A stretch of DNA of 64,000 nt from an archaeon (GTDB lineage Archaea; Nanobdellota; Nanobdellia; Woesearchaeales; GW2011-AR4): contig NZEC01000011.1 of the NCBI GenBank assembly GCA_002688925.1, forward strand, positions 61,695-125,694, given 5' to 3'. Positions 17,945 through 26,226 of the stretch are shown piece by piece. Each line of letters begins with the position of its first letter. Positions within the stretch are counted from its first letter, which is position 1. Under the pieces are notes generated by a model. It ran no database searches and had not been told where the DNA came from. It saw nothing but the letters and a program-made list of their open reading frames with translations. The position numbers and the translations under genes are program-made.

Positions 17945-19152
17945 AAACAGATGAGATAAAATATTCATTGCAGAACCTTGCGCATAGAAAAACAAGGAGC
18001 CTGCTTACTATGCTTTCCATCCTTATAGGAGTCATGGCAATATTTGCTTTGATAAGCTTTGGGCTTGGAATAAGAAATTATATGGATACACTGGCAGAAG
18101 AAGCCGGAGCAGATAAATTATTTATCCAGGCAAGGAGTGTTGGGGTTCCGGGCACAGACGCGAATTTTTTTGTTTCTGCAGATGATATCAATTTTGTAAG
18201 CAAGATAAACGGAGTTGATGAAATAAGTGGAATGTACATTAGAGCCGGAGAAGTAAAATTCAAGAAAGAAAAAAAATTTGTCTTTATTGCAGGCACAGAT
18301 ATTGATAAAAAGGAATTTGTTGAAAAAGCATTTACAGTAGGCGTGGAAAAAGGAAGACAGCTTAAGAAAAACGAGCTTGGCAAAGTAGTTTTAGGCTACA
18401 ATTACCAGTTTGAAGATAAAATATTTAGCAAAGCAATAAAATTAGGCAACAAAATTGAGATTAACGGCAATAGCTATGAAGTAGTTGGATTTTACGGGCT
18501 TATAGGAAATCCACAGGATGATTCAAATGCCTATCTGAATTACAGGTCAATGGAATTATTGTTCGAGGATATCAAAGATGAGTTTGGCTGGGCCATGATA
18601 GGGGCAGATAAAAATACCGATCCTGAAGTGCTTGCAGAAAAGATTGAGGAAAAATTAAGAAAATTCAAGGACCAGGAAGAAGGCAAAGAAGATTTTTTTG
18701 TCCAGACATTTGCAGATGTCTTAGCAACATTCGGCACAATAATAAATGTCCTGAACGGGATTCTTATTCTTATTGCTTTAATATCGATAATAGTTGCTTC
18801 TGTAAACATCATGAACACAATGTATACTGCAGTTCTTGAAAGAACAAAAGAGATAGGCATAATGAAAGCCATAGGTGCAAAAAACTCAGATATTTTATTT
18901 ATTTTTATCTTTGAATCAGGATTGTTGGGAATGGTAGGGGGAATTATCGGAGTGATTTTAGGCTACCTAATATCCAGCGCAGGAGGGCAAATTGCAGCAG
19001 CATCAGGATTTGCAATGCTACAGCCTGTCTTTCCCCTCTACTTAATAATCGGCTCTATCCTCTTTGCCTTTTTAGTAGGCGCAGCATCAGGGATAATGCC
19101 CTCTATAAAAGCATCTAAATTAAATCCAGTGGACTCATTGAGGTATGAGTGA
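17941..19152 (+). CDS. ABC transporter permease, FtsX/MacB type (paralogue)
   Basis: Same architecture and an identical MNTMYTAVLERTKEIGIMKAIGAKNS block. ATGA overlap with the upstream permease. Confidence 0.85.
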   Translation: MKTDEIKYSLQNLAHRKTRSLLTMLSILIGVMAIFALISFGLGIRNYMDTLAEEAGADKLFIQARSVGVPGTDANFFVSADDINFVSKINGVDEISGMYIRAGEVKFKKEKKFVFIAGTDIDKKEFVEKAFTVGVEKGRQLKKNELGKVVLGYNYQFEDKIFSKAIKLGNKIEINGNSYEVVGFYGLIGNPQDDSNAYLNYRSMELLFEDIKDEFGWAMIGADKNTDPEVLAEKIEEKLRKFKDQEEGKEDFFVQTFADVLATFGTIINVLNGILILIALISIIVASVNIMNTMYTAVLERTKEIGIMKAIGAKNSDILFIFIFESGLLGMVGGIIGVILGYLISSAGGQIAAASGFAMLQPVFPLYLIIGSILFAFLVGAASGIMPSIKASKLNPVDSLRYE

Positions 19153-19169
19153 AATAACTATCGTCAATT

Positions 19170-19310
19170 TCAATTAAAATTGTTTGTAATTCCAAGAAAA
19201 ATATCTCCATAGCCGTACTGCCCTTTTCCAGTCTTAAAAAACCCGGAAAGTATTTTTGCCTTTTCAGGATTTTTTAGCTTCAACAAGTCTCTTTTTAATT
19301 GGTTAAGCAT
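19170..19310 (-). pseudogene. 5' remnant of a DNA alkylation repair (AlkD/HEAT-repeat family) gene
   Basis: 46-codon ORF MLNQLKRDLLKLKNPEKAKILSGFFKTGKGQYGYGDIFLGITNNFN*. The NPEKA...FFKTGKG.YG.GD.FLGI pattern matches the N-terminus of roughly 220-aa DNA alkylation repair proteins, and the rest is absent. Confidence 0.45.
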
Positions 19311-19368
19311 AAATTACAGAAATAATTAATTGTATATAAAAGATTTGAATAAAATAATTAAAAAAGAA

Positions 19369-19782
19369 CTATTCCTTTTGCTGCTGGATTTTTGGCAATT
19401 CTATCGGCGAAGGCAAGCTTATCTGCTCGCTTAAAATCAAAGCCTGCACATTGCATTTGTTCAATACAGTGTTTAATATGCTTGCCATAAGCTCCTTTGG
19501 CAGCTTCTTGTCCTTTTTCCACCCATCCATAATCTCTTTTACCTTCTTTGAGTCATTCATATACAGGACATTGCCAATAAGCTTTATCATTCCAACATTA
19601 GGGTCATATTTTGATACAAATTCAAAAGAACATCTCAAAATCTTCTGCTTGTCAGTTCCCACAGATATATTTTTCTCCCCAACATCAGTTATTGAAACAT
19701 TATTGTTAATCTTTATTTTCCCCTTTGTTAACTCCTTCTTCTCAGCCTCTATTTTTGTAAAATTAAATCCAACAATTGTCAT
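19369..19782 (-). CDS. hypothetical protein (possible SecB-like fold, speculative)
   Basis: 137-aa ORF. The order of predicted strands and the C-terminal helix (LPKELMASILNTVLNKCNVQALILSEQISLPSPIELPKI) loosely parallels SecB. Confidence 0.45.
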   Translation of the reverse strand: MTIVGFNFTKIEAEKKELTKGKIKINNNVSITDVGEKNISVGTDKQKILRCSFEFVSKYDPNVGMIKLIGNVLYMNDSKKVKEIMDGWKKDKKLPKELMASILNTVLNKCNVQALILSEQISLPSPIELPKIQQQKE

Positions 19783-19854
19783 TTTTTTACCTCGCTTTAT
19801 TTTTATTTTATAGTTGTTTTATTTTTAATTTATTTTTTATTAATTTTTCTATTT

Positions 19855-20028
19855 TTAATCTAATTTGAAATTTTTGTTAATTTTAATTGTATCTTTGTTT
19901 TTTATTGGAACTTTTTTTATTGTTTTTCTTTTTTTTATTGCCTTTATCTTTGCTGTTTTCTTCTCCTCTTTTCCTTCTTCATCCTTTTTCTCTGCCACTT
20001 CCATCTCATTTGGCCTTTCTTCTTCCAT
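19855..20028 (-). CDS. small E/K-rich ORF in frame with spt5, just past its stop codon
   Basis: 57 codons, MEEERPNEMEVAEKKDEEGKEEKKTAKIKAIKKRKTIKKVPIKNKDTIKINKNFKLD. Below the ORF-track cutoff. Same frame as spt5, separated from it by TAA plus 7 codons. Confidence 0.25.
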   Translation of the reverse strand: MEEERPNEMEVAEKKDEEGKEEKKTAKIKAIKKRKTIKKVPIKNKDTIKINKNFKLD

Positions 20029-20049
20029 CTTCTTGAGCTTCTCTTCATT

Positions 20050-20526
20050 TTATTCTTCTTTCTCCTCAGTTTCCCTTCTTATGACTTTTACAGAATCCAT
20101 TTTTACTGTTATTGGAATCGGCACAGCTGCTTCAAGCAGCTCAACAACAACTTCTTCCTTGGTTTTGTCTATTCTTGTTACCTTTGCATTCTCCCTCTTG
20201 AATGGCCCAGATATAATTTCAACAACATCATTCTTTTGTATGTTCATCTCATACTTTACCTGCTCAAGCATATGCTCTATCTCCTTGTATTCTACTGTTT
20301 TGGGCAATATGCCTCGTGCATAAGGAACATTAAAAGCAGCCTGCTCAGCATCTGCCCTGTTTCCTGCCTCAACAAAGATATAGCTGCGCATGCCATGCGG
20401 CCTTATGACTGAATAAACCTCAAGTTTCTTCCTCTTCGCATTGGATGAGACAAAATCCATAACCTGATCCTCGCGGTTAGCAGTTGTCCTCAACCCATAT
20501 ATCACTGATTTTGTTTCCTGTTCCAT
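20050..20526 (-). CDS. spt5: transcription elongation factor Spt5 (archaeal NusG)
   Basis: NGN domain (IYGLRTTANREDQV...YIFVEA) plus KOW (NDVVEIISGPFKRENAKVTRID). Located in the canonical ftsZ-secE-spt5 neighbourhood. Confidence 0.9.
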   Translation of the reverse strand: MEQETKSVIYGLRTTANREDQVMDFVSSNAKRKKLEVYSVIRPHGMRSYIFVEAGNRADAEQAAFNVPYARGILPKTVEYKEIEHMLEQVKYEMNIQKNDVVEIISGPFKRENAKVTRIDKTKEEVVVELLEAAVPIPITVKMDSVKVIRRETEEKEE

Positions 20527-20613
20527 TTTAATGTGTTTTTATTGTAATTGTTCTTGTTTTGTATACTTATTGATTATTCTCTTATATTGGGAATAAACCG
20601 CCATTTAAAAGCT

Positions 20614-20802
20614 TTAGGGAAAAAAAATCTGTTTAAACATCGTTACTACAAAACCTATAATCCCTATTATTGCCATTCCCAGGCCGGATACCTTAACTAT
20701 TGTTTTGAACTCTAAACTATCCGGCTTTCTTGTCACTTTCAGGACTCTTGAGCATTCTCCTATAAAGCTCTTAAACCTTATCCAATAAGAATTGAAATTC
20801 AT
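20614..20802 (-). CDS. secE: protein translocase subunit SecE/Sec61-gamma
   Basis: 62 aa, RVLKVTRKPDSLEF followed by a single TM helix; immediately upstream of spt5. Confidence 0.85.
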   Translation of the reverse strand: MNFNSYWIRFKSFIGECSRVLKVTRKPDSLEFKTIVKVSGLGMAIIGIIGFVVTMFKQIFFP

Positions 20803-20803
20803 T

Positions 20804-21901
20804 TTAATCCAGGAATTCGATGCCTAACTCTGTTTCTATCTCCTTTTTCCTCTTGTCTGTTGTCTTAATGCCCGAGCCGAGAATTTGCGAACTTTTAACT
20901 CCGGTTACAATCAGCATGGTCCTTATTGTTTTTTCCATATCTTTGCTTATCTGGGCACCCCATATTATCCTTGCATCATCATCAAGCTTCTCTGAAATAG
21001 TTTCAACTACTTTTCTTGCTTCATCAAGCGTCATGTCTTGGCCGCCAACAACATTTATTAAAGTCCCGTTTGCCCCTGAAATATCAACATCCAGTAATGG
21101 ATTGTTAATGGCTTTCTCTACTGCCTCAACTGCCCGGTTTTCACTATCACTTTCACCAACACCTATCAAAGCCACTCCTCCGCCCTTCATAACAGCCTGT
21201 ATATCGGCAAAATCAAGATTAACCAAGCCTGCTTTAGTCACTAATTCTGCAATTCCCTTAACAGCGCTTGTCAATATCTCATCCGCTACCTTAAATGCAG
21301 TATGTAATGGCAAGTCAGGAGCAAGCTCCAGTAATTTCTCATTTGGAATAACTATCAAAGTATCAACTATCTGCTCCATTTTTTCAAGGCCCATAACAGC
21401 ATTTTCATACCTTCTGTGGCCTTCCATTGAAAAAGGCAAAGTAACAACTCCAACAGACAATGCCCCTACTTTTTTTGCAATCTCAGCAACTACCGGTGCA
21501 GAACCAGTGCCAGTGCCCCCTCCTAATCCGCACGTAACAAAGACCATATCAGCGCCCTGCAGTGTTTTTTTAATCTCGGGCTCTGATTCTCTTGCAGCCT
21601 CTTCTCCTAATCTGGGATCAGAACCAGCTCCATGGCCCCTTGTAAGTTCCCTTCCTATCAGTATCTTTTTTGCAGCAGTAGTATACAGTAAATCCTGCGC
21701 ATCAGTATTGACAGCAATTGTCTCAGCTCCAATAATACCCACTTCAGATATCCTCTGTATAGTATTATTGCCGCCTCCGCCTGCCCCAACAACCTTTATT
21801 GTTGCCTTTTGCTTTGCAAGCAGCTGCTCAAGTTCAGCATCAATATTTGTATCAGCACTAGGTTGAGAAGCTTCTCCGGCATTTGTTATTTCAGGTTCCA
21901 T
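20804..21901 (-). CDS. ftsZ: cell division GTPase FtsZ
   Basis: GAGGGGNN and tubulin signature GGGTGTGSAPVVAEIAK. Confidence 0.95.
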   Translation of the reverse strand: MEPEITNAGEASQPSADTNIDAELEQLLAKQKATIKVVGAGGGGNNTIQRISEVGIIGAETIAVNTDAQDLLYTTAAKKILIGRELTRGHGAGSDPRLGEEAARESEPEIKKTLQGADMVFVTCGLGGGTGTGSAPVVAEIAKKVGALSVGVVTLPFSMEGHRRYENAVMGLEKMEQIVDTLIVIPNEKLLELAPDLPLHTAFKVADEILTSAVKGIAELVTKAGLVNLDFADIQAVMKGGGVALIGVGESDSENRAVEAVEKAINNPLLDVDISGANGTLINVVGGQDMTLDEARKVVETISEKLDDDARIIWGAQISKDMEKTIRTMLIVTGVKSSQILGSGIKTTDKRKKEIETELGIEFLD

Positions 21902-22006
21902 TTAATTACCCCTTTAAAATTAATAATATTAAAAAATCAAATACTATAAAAATATTACTTATATATAAACTATTTGTTTTTCCGCTAAGAATTTGCAATT
22001 AAACAT

Positions 22007-22678
22007 CTAACTTTTTTTAGCTTCTTCTTTTACAAAAGAAAGCTCAACCTTCTTTATTGATGGTATAAGCCCTGTTATTTTTTCCCTAAGCTTTTCCTCA
22101 GCCTCTTTTGGTATCTCTATCTTTAGGCCTATTTTTGCATTGTTTTCATTAATTTCCAGATTAAAATCCTTTATGCCAAGGCTTAATTTGATATAAGAAG
22201 AAAGCTTTTCCTTGTCATCTGTTATTTTTTTATTGATTTTGACTTTGTAAAAAAGATCCTTGCCTGCAAGAGGATGGTTAAAATCCACTAAAGTCCTTCC
22301 TCCGCTTACTGTCTTTACTATTCCTATTGTATTGTCGATATTTATCTGCATCCCGGGCATTGGCTGGATTTTTTGCTGCTTGAATTTGCTTGTAGGTATT
22401 AACTGTATCAGTTTTGCATCTTTGCTTCCAAATGCGTCCTCTGGCTTTATCTCGACATCATACTCTTTTCCAATCTCTTTTCCATCTAACCCCTTATCAA
22501 TGCCCCTTAATACTTGATTTTCCCCAACACAAACAACAACAGGCCCGTAATCAGAATGGCTGTGCAGGTTATTCTTTTTAGCAACATCTGCATCAGTAGT
22601 GTCAAATATTACATCTTCCTCTTTAAGTTTTCCTGTATATTCGATTTCTATGAAGTCGTGCTTTTTTATTACATCCAT
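22007..22678 (-). CDS. FKBP-type peptidyl-prolyl cis-trans isomerase (SlyD-like, long archaeal form)
   Basis: FIEIEYTGKL...VIFDTT and VDFNHPLAGKDLFYKVKI motifs with an insert-in-flap region. Confidence 0.85.
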   Translation of the reverse strand: MDVIKKHDFIEIEYTGKLKEEDVIFDTTDADVAKKNNLHSHSDYGPVVVCVGENQVLRGIDKGLDGKEIGKEYDVEIKPEDAFGSKDAKLIQLIPTSKFKQQKIQPMPGMQINIDNTIGIVKTVSGGRTLVDFNHPLAGKDLFYKVKINKKITDDKEKLSSYIKLSLGIKDFNLEINENNAKIGLKIEIPKEAEEKLREKITGLIPSIKKVELSFVKEEAKKS

Positions 22679-22738
22679 TTTAATAATTGAGATAAACCGT
22701 CAATTTATAAAGATTTCTAAGAAATTAAAAAAAACATC

Positions 22739-23263
22739 TCAACATTCTTTTACTATTCTCCCAACAACCTCTTCTATATCTAATTTAGTAGTGTCAATCA
22801 CCAGATTATATAATTTTTTATCATAATAATCAGCATTATAGTATTTTTTATATCTGACTCTTTCGCTTTCTTCCCTCTCGCTAATTTTTTTTATTATTTC
22901 CTTAATATCTCCGCTTTTTTCATCCTTTCTCTCATCTTTAAGGATTCTTTCTGCCCTTACCTTGTCATCACAGTCTAAAAAAACCTTCACATTTGCATTA
23001 TTAATAAAAAAAGCCGTCAATCTTCCATCTATCACAAAATCATCCCTATCCTTTAACGCAATCTGCTTTTTATCCAGCTCTTTGTCTATTGACTCATCTT
23101 TCTCAGCTAGTTTACTCAGCTCGCTTAAGGAAATATTTCTTTCCTTGGCAATTTCTCTCATCAGATCCCCAATAGAATAATGCCTAAGCTTGAGCTTTTC
23201 AGCAAGTATCTTTGCTATAGTGCTCTTCCCAGAGCCCGCTTTGCCTGAAATTGTTATTATCAT
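22739..23263 (-). CDS. cmk: cytidylate kinase, archaeal type
   Basis: The ORF-track start is TTG. The ATG at 23263 gives MIITISGKAGSGKSTIAKILAEKL. Also DGRL..., RAERI and SERVRYKKYY blocks typical of archaeal CMP kinase. Confidence 0.85.
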   Translation of the reverse strand: MIITISGKAGSGKSTIAKILAEKLKLRHYSIGDLMREIAKERNISLSELSKLAEKDESIDKELDKKQIALKDRDDFVIDGRLTAFFINNANVKVFLDCDDKVRAERILKDERKDEKSGDIKEIIKKISEREESERVRYKKYYNADYYDKKLYNLVIDTTKLDIEEVVGRIVKEC

Positions 23264-23463
23264 GTTTATTAGGGTAATCAAGTAGTATAAATAAGTTGTT
23301 GAAATTTGCAATTAAAATAATCGTTGCAATTAATATAAAGAAATAATGGAAAAACAGACCCAACAAAAATTTTAATATTATTATTTAAAAAACCCAGAAT
23401 AATTATAATTTATATTAAAAAATAATTTCTAAAGTAAAATTTCCCAAATCTCAAATAGAAACC

Positions 23464-23471
23464 TTTTTAAA
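23464..23471 (+). promoter_or_regulatory. BRE/TATA promoter (AGAAACC TTTTTAAA)
   Basis: Ends 22 nt before the ATG at 23494. Confidence 0.6.
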
Positions 23472-23493
23472 AAAATTAAAAACAACTTCTAGA

Positions 23494-24357
23494 ATGAAAA
23501 ACATTCTTATTGAAAAGATAGGAACATTCCTTCTTAAGGAAAGCTTTACTGCAAAAAGGCTGACAAGAAGCTGCTTTGATTTATTGGCAAGAAAACAGGA
23601 AAAAATACTTCTGATAAAAGTTCTTGAAGACGTTAATTCAATAAGCAAGCAGTATGTTGATGAGATGAATATGGTTTCAGCCTATATAGGCGCAGTGCCT
23701 TTGATAATTGCAGATAAGGCAGGCCAGAATTTAGAGGATAATGTCCTTTATACAAGATTTAACTTATACACTTTAAATTTCCCAACATTTGTTAATTCCA
23801 TTAAAAACAAATTTCCGTTCATAAAGAGAACACAGGCAGGCCTGACAGCATCAATAGTTGGCAATAAGCTCAGGAAGAAAAGAGAAGAGCTTGGCTATTC
23901 ATTAAATTCTCTCTCAAAAAAAGTTGGAGTAACAAATAGGATGATAGCAAAATATGAGAATGAAAATTCTGAAATCACAATAAACAAGGCCATGAAAATT
24001 CATGAAATTTTTGGAAATGAAGTCTTTTATGAGATGAACATCTTTTCCAGGAACAACAGGATAGAAAGCAAATATCATTCAGATTTCTCAAAAAAGTACA
24101 TAGACCTTGGCTTTGAGGCTGCAGATACAAATAAAAGCCCTTTCGATATAATAGCAAGGAAAGACAATGAGCTTATACTTACAGAAGTGGGTGATAAAAC
24201 AAGGCCCGACTTTTCATCATTATCTAAATTATTGGACGCAGACAATTTAGTTATTTTCAAAAACAAAAAGCCAAAAAACATTCCTGCTGTAACAAAAGAA
24301 GAATTCTTGGAGTTCGAGAAAGCAAATCAATTAATTAAGTTTTTAAAAGAGTTTTAA
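23494..24357 (+). CDS. XRE-type HTH transcriptional regulator (archaeal COG1395-like)
   Basis: Central HTH LRKKREELGYSLNSLSKKVGVTNRMIAKYENE flanked by conserved N- and C-terminal domains. TATA at 23464-23471, 22 nt upstream. Confidence 0.7.
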   Translation: MKNILIEKIGTFLLKESFTAKRLTRSCFDLLARKQEKILLIKVLEDVNSISKQYVDEMNMVSAYIGAVPLIIADKAGQNLEDNVLYTRFNLYTLNFPTFVNSIKNKFPFIKRTQAGLTASIVGNKLRKKREELGYSLNSLSKKVGVTNRMIAKYENENSEITINKAMKIHEIFGNEVFYEMNIFSRNNRIESKYHSDFSKKYIDLGFEAADTNKSPFDIIARKDNELILTEVGDKTRPDFSSLSKLLDADNLVIFKNKKPKNIPAVTKEEFLEFEKANQLIKFLKEF

Positions 24358-24383
24358 CACAATAGAATACTTTAATGGATAAA

Positions 24384-25100
24384 TCACTCCCAGCAATGCG
24401 GGTCAAACTTCTCAAACCATTCTCTTTTCTCGACATGCGTCAATATAGATGAAAAGCCCAAAGTAGCAGCTTCATCATGCAGATCTATCTTTTTATTGTT
24501 CCCATTTTTTAATGCATAAAAAGCAGCTATCTGGAATTCCGCGCTTTGTTTATTTTCAATTTCATTCAGGTCATAAACAAGTGCCACTTTTTTTTCTTTT
24601 TTATCATAATTAAAAAAGACATTGCTGTTCCCTGTCTGGGCATTGTAATATGTAATATACAATTTGTCTTTTGCATTTTCCAGTTCACCTGCAAATTTCT
24701 CCTGGTTTGATACCAAAGCTGCCCCGAACTTATTCCTGCCGATTGACTGCACCCCGATAATTTTAGATGCCGAGTTTTCAAAAGCTTCTTTCACATTTTT
24801 TTCATTAAGCAATAATTTAGTCTCTATGCCTGTAATCTTTTTCACAATAGCTATCTTGATGTTCTTGTATTTCCTATTGAACTTATCAATCAGGCACTTG
24901 AACTTTTTCAGGTAAACATCAACATCAGAATTAGATTCCGAATAATACCTGTCCATCCACTTCCCAACCCTGAGCATCTGCCTTAAGTCTTTCTCAAAGT
25001 CATTGACATGCTTTCCATTAACCGAACTCAATAATGAATTGTTGACCATAAAAAAGAATATTGGATTATTGTATTTAAATATGTCGGAAAAACAGTTCAT
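24384..25100 (-). CDS. hypothetical protein
   Basis: 238-aa ORF with an ATG start and no recognisable motif. Confidence 0.4.
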   Translation of the reverse strand: MNCFSDIFKYNNPIFFFMVNNSLLSSVNGKHVNDFEKDLRQMLRVGKWMDRYYSESNSDVDVYLKKFKCLIDKFNRKYKNIKIAIVKKITGIETKLLLNEKNVKEAFENSASKIIGVQSIGRNKFGAALVSNQEKFAGELENAKDKLYITYYNAQTGNSNVFFNYDKKEKKVALVYDLNEIENKQSAEFQIAAFYALKNGNNKKIDLHDEAATLGFSSILTHVEKREWFEKFDPHCWE

Positions 25101-25160
25101 TTATTTTTTCAAATTATTTATTATGATTTTAGTATCTTTATTTAACCCTAAAAGAAAAAC

Positions 25161-25168
25161 TTTATTAA
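25161..25168 (+). promoter_or_regulatory. BRE/TATA promoter (AGAAAAAC TTTATTAA)
   Basis: Ends 22 nt before the trxB ATG at 25191. Confidence 0.6.
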
Positions 25169-25190
25169 GAAATAAACTAATCTAATTAAA

Positions 25191-26150
25191 ATGGAAATGT
25201 ATGATACAGTAATAATAGGCGCAGGTGTTGTAGGCCTTGCAGCAGGCATGTATGCAGGAAGGTTAAACTTAAAGACAGTTGTATTCGGGACAACATCCGG
25301 AACCGAGCTTCCTATAGGGGGAGTTATAACCTTGACAGATACTGTGGAAAACTATCCAGGTTTTAAAAAATTAACAGGAGCAGAGCTTGCTGCTAAACTG
25401 GAAGAGCACGCTAAAGATTACAATATAGAGATCAAGGAAGAGAAAGTGACAGATTTAAGCAAACACAAAGAATTGGATTGTTTCATAATTAAAACAGAAA
25501 AATCTTCTTATCATTCAAAAACCATAATTTTTGCAACAGGCGCTAAATGGAGAGAGTTACCGATGAAAGGCGCTGAAGAATTCAAGAGTAAAGGCGTCCA
25601 TTATTGCAGTTTATGCGATGGAGCATTATACAAAGACAAGATAATTACTATTATTGGGGGAAGTGATACAGCTGCCAAGGAAGCAATATTATTAGCTCAA
25701 CATGGAAAAAAAGTCTATATAATCTACAGAAAGGATAAAGTCAGGGCAGAGCCTATAAACTTAAAGCTGATAGAAAAAAACAAAAAAATAGAGATCATAA
25801 ACAACACAAATGTCCTTGAAATTCTTGGAGATAAGTTTGTAAACAAGGTCATCCTTGATAATGAGTTTAATGGGAGCAAAGAGCTGAAGGTTGATGCTGT
25901 TTTCGGCGCAATAGGCCACATCCCCTTGTCTGATTTAGCCGTTAAACTGGATGTTAAAATCAACAAAAAAAACGAAATAATGGTTGACAGGCAAAGCAAG
26001 ACAAATGTAAAAGGAATCTTTGCTGCAGGAGATGTAATAGATTCAGGCTTCAAGCAGGCAATAACAGGAGTCGGAGAAGGAGTAGTCGCAGCACATTCCG
26101 CATATACTTATGTAATGGAAAACAATCCTGTCTGTTTCTTTGATGATTAG
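25191..26150 (+). CDS. trxB: thioredoxin-disulfide reductase
   Basis: FAD motif VIIGAGVVGLAAG, redox CSLCDG, NADPH motif GGSDTAAKEA, C-terminal GIFAAGDV. Confidence 0.85.
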   Translation: MEMYDTVIIGAGVVGLAAGMYAGRLNLKTVVFGTTSGTELPIGGVITLTDTVENYPGFKKLTGAELAAKLEEHAKDYNIEIKEEKVTDLSKHKELDCFIIKTEKSSYHSKTIIFATGAKWRELPMKGAEEFKSKGVHYCSLCDGALYKDKIITIIGGSDTAAKEAILLAQHGKKVYIIYRKDKVRAEPINLKLIEKNKKIEIINNTNVLEILGDKFVNKVILDNEFNGSKELKVDAVFGAIGHIPLSDLAVKLDVKINKKNEIMVDRQSKTNVKGIFAAGDVIDSGFKQAITGVGEGVVAAHSAYTYVMENNPVCFFDD

Positions 26151-26226
26151 TCAATAATATAGGCTAAAAAATATTTCTAAGTATCATTTTATTTAATTAA
26201 TTTTAGAATTACATCCATTCATTATT

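Noticed and set aside
20820-21866. 348-aa ORF on the plus strand
   Set aside because: It is entirely antisense to ftsZ, whose product has unmistakable tubulin/FtsZ motifs. The antisense translation is low-complexity (S/P/A/I-rich) and is a shadow ORF.
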